From Moraxella nasicaprae (GTDB taxonomy: Bacteria > Pseudomonadota > Gammaproteobacteria > Pseudomonadales > Moraxellaceae): a DNA stretch of 32,000 nucleotides. The translations under genes and the position numbers were made by a program. The notes under the pieces are model-generated. The model did no database searches, was not told where the DNA came from, and saw only the letters and a list, made by a program, of their open reading frames with translations. The DNA lies in contig NZ_CP089977.1 of the NCBI RefSeq assembly GCF_025643275.1, positions 1,770,001 to 1,802,000 of the forward strand. Reading direction: 5' to 3'. This document shows positions 18,670-27,120 of the stretch, one piece after another. Position 1 is the first letter of the stretch; the number at the start of each line of letters is the position of its first letter.

Positions 18670-19530
18670 ATGAATAATCAACCAAAAACTACCTTATGGA
18701 AAGTATGGATTCAGCCAGCCTTGGCAATGGGTGCTGCGGCAGTGATGTTGGTGGGCTGTGCCAGTAAGCCAACTTACAACAGCACAGCAAATAAAAATGG
18801 TGTGACTACCAGACAAATCATCACCAATAACAAAGGTGTGCCAAATTGGTATCAAGTCAAACAAGGCGACACGGTTGCCAAAATCGCTCAGCGATACGGT
18901 CTGGACTGGCGAGAGATTGGTCGCCTAAACAATCTAAATAGCAACTATACCATCTATACAGGTCAATGGCTGTCTTTGTGGAAGGGTAATGCTCAAAATG
19001 CTCAACCAGCCAAGTCTTCGACCGCTGTTCAAGCACCAGTACAACAGAGTAAAAATACCCAGCCAGCCCCAACCCAAAAATCTGGCAACACAGCACCAGT
19101 ACACAACAGCAGTCAAAGCACGCCATTTACTACAGGCAGTGCTGGTGTGATGCAGTTTAAATATCCTGTTGGTAAGTCCAATCCTGTGGTGCGTCGTTTT
19201 GGTACAGCCAATGTACAAGGCTCTACCGTTACCAGTAATGGTATGTGGTTCTCAGGACGAGATGGCGACCCGATTTTGGCAAGCCGAGCAGGTACAGTCA
19301 TCAATGCTGATGGGAATGCGGTCAATGATGCTACCATCACAATCCAACACACCGATGGCTTTATATCCAGCTATATCTACATCAAAGATGCTAAGGTACG
19401 GGCGGGAGACAGCGTGCAAGCGGGTCAGCAAATCGCCAGCATGAAAAAACAAACCAGCAACTCAGCATTATTTGAGTTTCGTATTGCTCGCAACAATGTC
19501 TATATCGACCCATTATCTGTGGTCAAATGA
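18670..19530 (+). CDS. nlpD: LysM + degenerate LytM (M23-like) lipoprotein, NlpD-type amidase activator
   Basis: A lipobox LVGC/AS is followed by a LysM domain (YQVKQGDTVAKIAQRYGLDWREIGRLNNL), a Q/P/S-rich linker and a C-terminal M23 fold. The zinc-ligand positions of that fold are substituted (N..W.F for HxxxD, IYI and LFEF for HxH). Confidence 0.8.
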   Translation: MNNQPKTTLWKVWIQPALAMGAAAVMLVGCASKPTYNSTANKNGVTTRQIITNNKGVPNWYQVKQGDTVAKIAQRYGLDWREIGRLNNLNSNYTIYTGQWLSLWKGNAQNAQPAKSSTAVQAPVQQSKNTQPAPTQKSGNTAPVHNSSQSTPFTTGSAGVMQFKYPVGKSNPVVRRFGTANVQGSTVTSNGMWFSGRDGDPILASRAGTVINADGNAVNDATITIQHTDGFISSYIYIKDAKVRAGDSVQAGQQIASMKKQTSNSALFEFRIARNNVYIDPLSVVK

Positions 19531-19540
19531 TGCCCAAAAC

Positions 19541-19574
19541 AAAAAAACCACCATCAAAGATAGGTGGTTTTTTT
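19541..19574 (+). terminator. Intrinsic terminator after nlpD
   Basis: aaaaaaaccacc pairs with ggtggttttttt around a 10-nt loop. Confidence 0.75.
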
Positions 19575-19672
19575 ATGATGATGGATTGTCTGGTTGAAGA
19601 TGATTCATAATGCACATCAAGACCGATGAAATACAAACCAATCATGCTAAGCCATCTGATTGGCATTCACCA

Positions 19673-19702
19673 CAAAAAAGGCTTGTGATGTTCACAAGCC
19701 TT
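19673..19702 (-). terminator. Intrinsic terminator after surA (minus strand)
   Basis: The minus strand reads aaggcttgtga-aca-tcacaagcctt followed by T6. It lies 8 nt downstream of the surA stop. Confidence 0.7.
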
Positions 19703-19709
19703 GATGACA

Positions 19710-20693
19710 TTACTCATAAATCTTGATATATGCACTAGAACGCAATTCTTGCAACCAGTCTTCTTCGGCTTGTGGTGCTTGACGGGCAAACAAATACTCA
19801 CGAGCGGCATTTTGACGGTATTGGGTTGTGATGTCTCTTTGGCGAGTGTTATCCACTTTTAGGATATGCCAGCCAAACTGTGAGCGAAATGGTGTTGAAA
19901 AATCTCCCGAAGAAGTCTTTTTCATCATGGCTTCAAACTCCGGCACCATTTGACCCTCGTTTACCCAGCCTAAGCTGCCATATTGTGATGCAGAACCTGG
20001 ATCGTCAGAATAGGTTGCTGCCAAAGAGGCAAAATTCGCTCCTTTTTGTAGTTCAGCATACAGAGCATTGATTTTTTGCTCTGCCATGGCTGCACTTTGG
20101 GTATCGTCCACACGAGCCAAGATGTGGCTGGTTTGCCATTCTGGAATCAACACTTGTTCTTGGCTGATGATTTGCTTGGCTTCTGGTGAATTTAAGAATG
20201 AAGCGATTTCTTGATTACTGATGTGGATGCGGTTGGAAATTTGATTTTGCCACATCGCAGACAGGGCGGCATTTTCGATGATGCTTTGACGCAAGGCGGC
20301 ATAGCTGCCCGCTTTTTCTCCATCTAGCTTGGCTTGAAATTCGCTCAGTGTGTTGATGCCTTGAGCCCGAGCAATTTGTAATATTTGCTCATTGATGATG
20401 TTGTCATTGGCGACCATGCCAGCACGATTGACCAATGCTAATTGTAGTTTGCGGGCAATCAGTTCATCAAGGGCTTTTTGAGTGATTTGTGCTTGGCTTG
20501 CTTGAATGCCTTTTTCTGAGGCTTGTGCAGCGATGATGGCACGAGCGGTTTCTAGTTCGCTTTTTAGAATGATTTCATCATTGACCACAGCGACAATCCC
20601 ATCGGTGCTAGAACCGCTGATGGAGGCTTGTGCGGTCAATGCACTACCTGCCAGTGCAAGAGCAAGCAAGGTTTGTTTGAATGTTGTTTTCAT
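19710..20693 (-). CDS. surA: Periplasmic chaperone/PPIase SurA, short form with a single parvulin domain
   Basis: The product has a signal peptide (ALAGSALTAQA/S), a SurA N-domain (IVAVVNDEIILKSEL), one parvulin domain (SHILARV...FGWHILKV) and a short C-tail. It sits immediately downstream of lptD, as in other Proteobacteria. AAGGA lies 5 nt upstream of the start. Confidence 0.85.
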   Translation of the reverse strand: MKTTFKQTLLALALAGSALTAQASISGSSTDGIVAVVNDEIILKSELETARAIIAAQASEKGIQASQAQITQKALDELIARKLQLALVNRAGMVANDNIINEQILQIARAQGINTLSEFQAKLDGEKAGSYAALRQSIIENAALSAMWQNQISNRIHISNQEIASFLNSPEAKQIISQEQVLIPEWQTSHILARVDDTQSAAMAEQKINALYAELQKGANFASLAATYSDDPGSASQYGSLGWVNEGQMVPEFEAMMKKTSSGDFSTPFRSQFGWHILKVDNTRQRDITTQYRQNAAREYLFARQAPQAEEDWLQELRSSAYIKIYE

Positions 20694-20719
20694 AATAATC
20701 CTTAAAAAATGGCGATATT

Positions 20720-20787
20720 GCCAACAAATTTGGCATCAGATGTGTTCAAGTTTAGCACTTGACCAAGCAATCGTCAAATTTGTTGGC
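20720..20787. repeat. 13-bp perfect inverted repeat in the lptD-surA intercistronic spacer
   Basis: gccaacaaatttg (20720-20732) is the exact reverse complement of caaatttgttggc (20775-20787). The two arms are separated by 42 nt. Confidence 0.7.
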
Positions 20788-20809
20788 TTAGGTATTTGAT
20801 GATTTTTTG

Positions 20810-23551
20810 TTAATAGGCTTTTTGCCACGCATTTTGGACACTATCATAACCCATGACTTTGTCGCTTAATAGGCGATTGAGACGACCACCGTTGCTGATG
20901 CCATTGAGGCGAAGTTCTGCCATGATGGCGGTATCGGCATTGGTGTGTGGATTTAGACCATCACGATAGCGGCGTGCATAGACCGACAAGCCATAGCAAC
21001 AATCTTCATAATTAACCCCAATCAAAGAGTCCAGCAGGCGTTCGTGTTTGTGGTCGTATTGAGCCTGTCCGACCAATCGCCAGCGACTACTGATGGGTAG
21101 GATTGCTGATGCGGTATAGGCGGATAGGGCTTGTTGATTGGTTGCTTTATTTTCTTTGCGTTCAATCACGCCAATATTAAACAGACGCTGCTCATCTGGC
21201 TGATAGCGAATCTGTGCAGTGATGGCACTGATGTCATAATTGGTGGTCAAAGCCCCAGCGGTATCAATCCACAAAGATTCTTTGGGCTGAATGCTGGCTT
21301 GCCAAGCTGTGCCAGAGCTTCTACCGCTAAATGATTCGCTATGATTGATGCCTACACGCAACTCATCAAGCAAAATCTGCTCAGCAATACTGCCATCAAA
21401 GCGAGTGCGACCTTGCTCGTCAATATAGCGATAATTGATGGCTGGTGTGATGGCGTGTAAATCCTGAATGCGGTCATAGCCCAAAAACCACGAATCGGAC
21501 AACAGCTGGTCATAGCTGATGTTAGAGACGATGGTTTCAAAGTTTGGTAGGCGACTTTGGTCTTTGTAAGGGGTGTAAGTATATTTTAGGCGTGGGCTTA
21601 GTACCTGATAACCGCCTGATTGCTTACCCTTCAAAGGAGAGCCTGCTTTTTCAAAAAACAGTCCAGCGTCCACACTAAACTGTGGTGCAAAGATTGAATA
21701 ACTGCCATCTTTTTTGTTCAGATTTTGGTCATTAAGACTGTCTTCATCGTAGCTTGCGTAGAGATGTGTCAGGCTAAGTTTTGGGGTAATGTAGCCCCAC
21801 GGACGCAGCATTGGATAGCTGGCTGACAGCTGGTTGTACATACGACCGCCACTTTTTTCTGGCTCGGAGGCGTCTTTGATGGATTTTTTGAAATAGGCTG
21901 AATTATGCACGCCTGTGATTTGTAGTTTGCTATTTAGCCCAAGCCAAGATTTTGGCAGACGATAGTTGATGGATAATTGTGGCAGTCTGGCGTAGGGACG
22001 GTCTTTGTCCGTGATGAGCGAGCCATCTGATTTTGTGCCATCAAGACGCTGGAAAGTCTCAAAACGAAAATCTGCGGCAACATGGTCATTGTGATAGTTT
22101 AGCCCAATGCGTCTGGGCAGATTTAGTGAGCGGTTTTCAAGACCTAAGCTGTCAAAATCCCCCAAATAGTCAGCGTCAGAGACATATTGATACTGAGCAT
22201 AGCCTGTTAGGTTTTTGATGTTTTTGGCTTGCCATTGGTGTTCGTAGCGTAAGCGACTGCGGTCTTGATTGTTATATTTACGGTCGCTGGGTAGGTATGA
22301 GCCCGATAGACTACCCGCCCCAAAATTTTTGGTCAAATAGCGAAACTCGCCTGAAATCATCGGATTACGATTGGTAAAAATCGTCGGCGTGATGGTGGCA
22401 TCATAATTAGGAGCAAGATTGAAGTAATAAGGCGTGCTGACCTCTAAGCCATCTGATGACCCAAAACCAACGCTTGGCAACAAAAATCCGCTAGAACGGC
22501 GACTATCAATGGGGAAATTAAAATAAGGCAAATACAATACAGGCACATCTTTGATACGAAGAGTGCTGTTTTTGGCGATGGCACGCCCTGTCTGACTGTC
22601 AATATCGATACGCTGAGCGTCCAAATGCCACTTGCGTTCGGTAGGCGGACAGGTCGTGAACATCACCTCGTCCATCTGATAGTGAGTGTCGCTGACTTTT
22701 TGCATCGAGCCAGCGTAGCCGTGAGCATTGATGGCGGTGCTGGCAAAAGCCACATCTTGTGCGGTGGCTAAGCCGTTTTGATTACCATAACTGATGCTTT
22801 GGGCGACACCAATCAAGCCAATGCCATTTTCGCCTGCATTCATGCCATCGCTAAATTGTACTTCGCCTTGTACCATCGCTTCGCCTGTGCGAGTGTTAAA
22901 GGTGGCCTTATCTGCCATCACCGTTTGCCCATTTTGCTCAATGATGACATTGCCAGCCAGCTCAGCATATTCATGAGCGTCCCAGTAGCCGTAGTCTGCT
23001 TCGGCTTTGATACCAGCAAAACTTTGGGCATTGTTACCGATTTGGTTGGCGTTTTTGGGCTGCGTCCATACACCCTGACAGCGAGCGTGTACATTGGGCT
23101 TGATTTGATAGTTTTGGGCAAGCTTGGCAAGGCTTTGTTGTTTGGCAGTTTGTTTGTCTGTGGCGACGGCAGGCTTGGTTAGTGCTTGTCGTGTTTGTTT
23201 TGCTGGGTCGTCATCGGGTGTGTGTTTGGCATTGATGACTGATGGTGTATCTGTGGATAAATCATCTGATGTAGTGATGTTGCTCATTGAGTCATCAGTG
23301 AGCAAGGCTTGTGTTTCTAAGGAGGCGGCTGTGTCGATGGTGTCGGTTTTTGTGGCATCAATCGCAGTGGTTTTACTCATCTCATCAGATTCGGATAGGG
23401 CTGTGTACTGAGTATCCATGATGAGTTCGGCATTGGCAAGAGGCGATGTCAAGGGCAATAGCATCACCCCAAATAACACATGGCGAACTGCCACGCTTAG
23501 ATAGGTTGGCGTGGTATTGATGAAGTTAAGCTTAGAATGTGCGTGATTCAC
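20810..23551 (-). CDS. lptD: LPS-assembly outer membrane protein LptD with a long acidic N-terminal extension
   Basis: The 913-aa product starts at a GTG with AAGGTG 7 nt upstream and has a signal peptide ending LANA/E. About 125 aa of D/T/S-rich low complexity follow before the conserved Cys-containing N-domain and the large beta-barrel. It forms an operon with surA. Confidence 0.9.
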   Translation of the reverse strand: MNHAHSKLNFINTTPTYLSVAVRHVLFGVMLLPLTSPLANAELIMDTQYTALSESDEMSKTTAIDATKTDTIDTAASLETQALLTDDSMSNITTSDDLSTDTPSVINAKHTPDDDPAKQTRQALTKPAVATDKQTAKQQSLAKLAQNYQIKPNVHARCQGVWTQPKNANQIGNNAQSFAGIKAEADYGYWDAHEYAELAGNVIIEQNGQTVMADKATFNTRTGEAMVQGEVQFSDGMNAGENGIGLIGVAQSISYGNQNGLATAQDVAFASTAINAHGYAGSMQKVSDTHYQMDEVMFTTCPPTERKWHLDAQRIDIDSQTGRAIAKNSTLRIKDVPVLYLPYFNFPIDSRRSSGFLLPSVGFGSSDGLEVSTPYYFNLAPNYDATITPTIFTNRNPMISGEFRYLTKNFGAGSLSGSYLPSDRKYNNQDRSRLRYEHQWQAKNIKNLTGYAQYQYVSDADYLGDFDSLGLENRSLNLPRRIGLNYHNDHVAADFRFETFQRLDGTKSDGSLITDKDRPYARLPQLSINYRLPKSWLGLNSKLQITGVHNSAYFKKSIKDASEPEKSGGRMYNQLSASYPMLRPWGYITPKLSLTHLYASYDEDSLNDQNLNKKDGSYSIFAPQFSVDAGLFFEKAGSPLKGKQSGGYQVLSPRLKYTYTPYKDQSRLPNFETIVSNISYDQLLSDSWFLGYDRIQDLHAITPAINYRYIDEQGRTRFDGSIAEQILLDELRVGINHSESFSGRSSGTAWQASIQPKESLWIDTAGALTTNYDISAITAQIRYQPDEQRLFNIGVIERKENKATNQQALSAYTASAILPISSRWRLVGQAQYDHKHERLLDSLIGVNYEDCCYGLSVYARRYRDGLNPHTNADTAIMAELRLNGISNGGRLNRLLSDKVMGYDSVQNAWQKAY

Positions 23552-23908
23552 AAGCGTACACCTTTTTTAAGAAACGAACAATGGCTGTGGTCAAATCATG
23601 ATGTCATACAAACAAGACTACTGATGGCATAAAAAAGTGAAATCATCACCTTTTTTAGACCCCAAGTCCATCTTGGCGTGTGTGATGAAATCTTACTTGA
23701 TATGCTGTATCAAGCCATCGTCCAAAAGAGTTCATAGAAAAATAAAAATTTATTGGATAAACGGTTTATTCTACACCATTTTTGTCAAAAAGTGTTGATG
23801 ATTTGGCGAAAGCAAAATGTATTTTTGATGTAACGCAGGCTAGTTAATTGGCATAAAATCAGCTAAACTAGATGGGTTTAACCAAATTTATCCAACAAGG
23901 AAATATTT

Positions 23909-24934
23909 ATGAATGTCCGCCATGATGAAATGATGCAATTTTTGAATGCCAATTTGGCAGCAGGTTTTACCGTAGAGAGTTTGCCAGGCGATGCCAGTTT
24001 TCGCCGTTATCATCGTATTTATATGCCTGTGGTGTCTGAGGTTGGTCAGGCACAGATGAGCTATCTATTGATGGATGCCCCACCCGAAAAAGAACGAGTG
24101 GACGAGTTTGTGGCGGTTGCTCAGATTATGAGCGAGGCGGTCAATGTGCCTGACATCATCGCCAAAGATATGGATAGAGGTTTTTTATTATTGCAAGATT
24201 TTGGCACAACTGAGTTTGCTCATCTGATTGCTCAGGACAAGGCGAACAAAGATGGCTATTATACCAAAGCATTGCACACATTGGCACAACTGCAAACCAT
24301 CTCAACTGGCGTTGAGCTACCAGCTTATACTGATGAAAAATTGGCAACAGAGATGGCGTTATTCACCGAATGGTTCTTGCCGTATGTGGGTGTGGAACTT
24401 GATGAGCAAGCAAGCACTCTTTGGCAAACGCTTAATCAAGTGCTGCTCAAAGAAATCGCCAAACAACCCAAAGTCATCGTGCATCGTGACTATCACAGCC
24501 GCAACCTGATGGCGGATAAGGGTAGTGATGAGCTGGGCGTGATTGATTTTCAAGATGCCGTGATTGGGGCTTATACTTATGATTTGGTGAGCTTGGTCAG
24601 AGATGCTTATATCGATGAAAATGAAACTTGGGTGAATGCCAAAATTCAAGAATTTTATCAGTTGATTCAGCCTGATACTGATTTGGGCAGTTTTATCGCT
24701 CAAACCAATGTGATGGGTGTGCAACGCCATCTAAAAGTGCTGGGTATCTTCATTCGTCTTTCTCAACGAGATGGTAAAAATCGTTATTTGGCAGACATTC
24801 CAAAAGTCATGAAAGACTTGCTTGCTGAGCTTGCTTGGCTTGATGAACACACCCAAGAGACAATTTATGGCGAATTTTTGGCGTGGCTTAATCAGGTGGT
24901 CTTGCCTGCTTATCAGGTCAAATTTAAGGGGTAA
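23909..24934 (+). CDS. amgK: N-acetylmuramate/N-acetylglucosamine anomeric kinase (aminoglycoside phosphotransferase fold)
   Basis: The kinase motifs HRDYHSRNLM and VIDFQDA are present in a 341-aa product. The gene lies directly upstream of a MurU-like nucleotidyltransferase and divergent from lptD, the synteny known from Pseudomonas. Confidence 0.78.
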   Translation: MNVRHDEMMQFLNANLAAGFTVESLPGDASFRRYHRIYMPVVSEVGQAQMSYLLMDAPPEKERVDEFVAVAQIMSEAVNVPDIIAKDMDRGFLLLQDFGTTEFAHLIAQDKANKDGYYTKALHTLAQLQTISTGVELPAYTDEKLATEMALFTEWFLPYVGVELDEQASTLWQTLNQVLLKEIAKQPKVIVHRDYHSRNLMADKGSDELGVIDFQDAVIGAYTYDLVSLVRDAYIDENETWVNAKIQEFYQLIQPDTDLGSFIAQTNVMGVQRHLKVLGIFIRLSQRDGKNRYLADIPKVMKDLLAELAWLDEHTQETIYGEFLAWLNQVVLPAYQVKFKG

Positions 24935-24937
24935 TCC

Positions 24938-25645
24938 ATGATTCGACAAGCGATGATTTTGGCGGCTGGCAAAGGGACTCGAATGCGTCCTTTGACCCTA
25001 ACCACGCCAAAACCTTTGGTGCCTGTGGCGGATAAGCCTTTGATTGTTTGGCACATCGAGCGATTGGCACAGGCAGGGATTAAGCATATCACACTCAATG
25101 CAGGCTATCTGTCTGATGTACTCATCGCAGGGCTTGATGAGCTTGATTTGCCCAGCAGACTTGGCATCACGCTGAATGTTTCGGTGGAGACCGGCGAACC
25201 TTTGGAAACGGCTGGCGGCATCAAATACGCACTAAGCCAGCAGCTGCTTGCTGATGAACCCTTTATTTTGGTTAATGGCGATGTATGGACGGAGTTTGAC
25301 TTCGCTCATCTAACTAAATACCGACCAGACGGTTTGTCACATTTATTGATGATTGACAACCCATCGCATAACCCATCGGGCGATTTTGTGCTGAGTGATG
25401 GCCGATTGTCTGCCAAAACCGATGATGCACACGCCTTGACTTTTGCAGGCATCAGTGTGATGTCGCCAGCATTGGTGGCGAGTGTGCCAGCAGGGCAGGT
25501 AGCGGCACTTGCCCCTTTATTAAAAGAGGCGATGGCACTAGGACTGGTCTCTGGCGAGAAAATCACGGATAAGTGGGTTGATGTTGGTACGATGGAGCGA
25601 CTTGCCGAAGTTGATGCCTACGCCAGAAAAAAACTATCAATGTGA
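24938..25645 (+). CDS. murU: N-acetylmuramate alpha-1-phosphate uridylyltransferase
   Basis: The N-terminus AMILAAGKGTRMRPLTLTTPKPLVPV is the sugar-1-P nucleotidyltransferase signature. The product is 235 aa, and the gene starts 3 nt after amgK with an AAGGGG RBS. Confidence 0.78.
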   Translation: MIRQAMILAAGKGTRMRPLTLTTPKPLVPVADKPLIVWHIERLAQAGIKHITLNAGYLSDVLIAGLDELDLPSRLGITLNVSVETGEPLETAGGIKYALSQQLLADEPFILVNGDVWTEFDFAHLTKYRPDGLSHLLMIDNPSHNPSGDFVLSDGRLSAKTDDAHALTFAGISVMSPALVASVPAGQVAALAPLLKEAMALGLVSGEKITDKWVDVGTMERLAEVDAYARKKLSM

Positions 25646-25659
25646 ATGGTTCATCAATC

Positions 25660-25688
25660 AAAAACCCATCAGTCTTGATGGGTTTTTT
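25660..25688 (+). terminator. Intrinsic terminator after murU
   Basis: aaaaacccatca pairs with tgatgggtttt around the 4-nt loop gtct, followed by a T-run. Confidence 0.8.
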
Positions 25689-25806
25689 GGTATCCGTTGG
25701 TCAAAAGCCCAATCATTGATTGCAAATTTATCAATAAAAAATATCAACAAAATCAACATCTTAAAAACTTTTTATCAAAAACCCCCAATTTTCTTTCAAA
25801 AAACAT

Positions 25807-25834
25807 TTGACACTCAATCAAAATCCTATATAAT
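25807..25834 (+). promoter_or_regulatory. Near-consensus sigma70 promoter of the tRNA-Val/tRNA-Asp operon
   Basis: TTGACA (25807-25812) is followed by a 16-nt spacer and TATAAT (25829-25834). An A/T-rich UP-like region lies upstream, and the promoter is about 90 nt upstream of tRNA-Val. Confidence 0.65.
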
Positions 25835-25929
25835 ACGCACCACAACGAACGAACACGAACAAGGTGACATAAAGTGTTCAAATTGATAATCAATCAATAA
25901 AAAGTTCGTTACTAAGATTTACTATCTTA

Positions 25930-26005
25930 GGGTGGTTAGCTCAGTTGGTAGAGCATCTGCCTTACAAGCAGAGGGTCAGCGGTTCGATCCCGTTACCACC
26001 CACCA
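25930..26005 (+). tRNA. tRNA-Val (anticodon TAC)
   Basis: GGGTGGTTAGCTCAGTTGGTAGAGCATCTGCCTTACAAGCAGAGGGTCAGCGGTTCGATCCCGTTACCACCCACCA folds as a canonical 76-nt cloverleaf with anticodon loop CTTACAA. Confidence 0.95.
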
Positions 26006-26010
26006 TTTTA

Positions 26011-26087
26011 GCAGCGGTAGTTCAGTTGGTTAGAATACCGGCCTGTCACGCCGGGGGTCGCGGGTTCGAGCCCCGTCCGCTGCGCCA
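26011..26087 (+). tRNA. tRNA-Asp (anticodon GTC)
   Basis: GCAGCGGTAGTTCAGTTGGTTAGAATACCGGCCTGTCACGCCGGGGGTCGCGGGTTCGAGCCCCGTCCGCTGCGCCA folds as a canonical cloverleaf with anticodon loop CTGTCAC. Confidence 0.95.
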
Positions 26088-26123
26088 CTTTTAGTGTAGC
26101 TTTTTTAAAGCTTTTCACTTTCA

Positions 26124-26155
26124 CCCCAAGTCTCCCCTGGCTTGGGGATTTTTTT
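26124..26155 (+). terminator. Intrinsic terminator after the tRNA operon
   Basis: ccccaag (26124-26130) pairs with cttgggg (26141-26147) around a 10-nt loop, followed by aT7. Confidence 0.75.
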
Positions 26156-26181
26156 GTTTTCAAAAAAAATCGGAGCTTGTG

Positions 26182-27090
26182 ATGATTGTTCGTGATAAAT
26201 CAAACAGTTGGTCGATATTTTTTGCGTGGCAAGGGACGATTTTGCCCAAGATTTTACCCAGTGTGCTGGCGATGATGTTGTTGTCGGTGTTGGCTTGGTT
26301 GATGGTGTATCATCAAGTGTATGCGGTTACCAGCGTTCCTATGACAGCTTTTACGATTTTTGGGGTGTTGATTTCCATCACATTGGGATTTTATCATCAT
26401 GCCAGTTATGATAGATGGTGGGAGGGGAGAAAGCTGTGGGGTGCGTTGGTTGCCAACACTCGCCATCTAAGCCGTGATAGTTATTTTTTGAGTCCAGATG
26501 AGCGTGAAAAACTGCTTGGGTCGATGCTGCTTTTTGTGGTGGCATTAAGAGATAGATTACGACAGCAACCTGTCAATGCCTCTGATGATTTGTACTTTGG
26601 CAAGTGTGCTGACAAAATATCTTGGTTAGACACTCAGCTAAATGCACCTCAAAGAGTGCTAGAAGAGATGCAAAAGCAACTGATTGCTTTGGTTCGTCAA
26701 GGTCAGATGAGTGACATCATTTATCTATCAATCCAAAAGCACATCGTTGAGATGGGTGGTATTCAGGCGGGGTGTGACCGCATTGCTGGCACGCCATTGC
26801 CATTTGCTTATTCAGCACTATTATCGCATGCGATTGTGGGGTTTTGTTGGTTGTTACCATTTGGGGCTGGGGCAGTCATGGGTGGCTGGACGCCGTTGTT
26901 TGTGGGCTTAGTGGCGTATTTTTTGCTTGGATTGTACGAACTGGCTCGTCAAATGGAGATGCCATTTGGTATAGAGGATAATGATTTGTCGCTTGATACG
27001 CTGGTGCATATGATTCAAAGTGAAACTTTGATGCTGCTTGAAAAACCATTACCACAAAAAAGAGAAGTGACTGGCTTTTGTTTGAAATAA
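26182..27090 (+). CDS. Bestrophin-family (UPF0187/YneE) ion channel homologue
   Basis: The N-terminus IVRDKSNSW..FFAWQGTILPKI, the segment GFYHHASYDRWWEGRKLWG and the motif GCDRIAGTPLPFAY resemble bacterial bestrophins such as KpBest. GGAG lies 6 nt upstream of the ATG at 26182. Confidence 0.82.
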   Translation: MIVRDKSNSWSIFFAWQGTILPKILPSVLAMMLLSVLAWLMVYHQVYAVTSVPMTAFTIFGVLISITLGFYHHASYDRWWEGRKLWGALVANTRHLSRDSYFLSPDEREKLLGSMLLFVVALRDRLRQQPVNASDDLYFGKCADKISWLDTQLNAPQRVLEEMQKQLIALVRQGQMSDIIYLSIQKHIVEMGGIQAGCDRIAGTPLPFAYSALLSHAIVGFCWLLPFGAGAVMGGWTPLFVGLVAYFLLGLYELARQMEMPFGIEDNDLSLDTLVHMIQSETLMLLEKPLPQKREVTGFCLK

Positions 27091-27120
27091 AAAAATCCCC
27101 CATCTTGGGGGATTTTATTT
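27089..27120. terminator. Bidirectional terminator between convergent genes
   Basis: atccccc (27095-27101) pairs with gggggat (27107-27113) around a 5-nt loop. An A-run lies upstream and a T-rich run downstream. Confidence 0.75.

Noticed and set aside
25578-25886. A 102-aa ORF overlapping the murU 3' end and the tRNA promoter region.
   Set aside because: The translation is low-complexity and AT-driven (KNINKINILKTFYQKPP). It covers a terminator and a consensus promoter.
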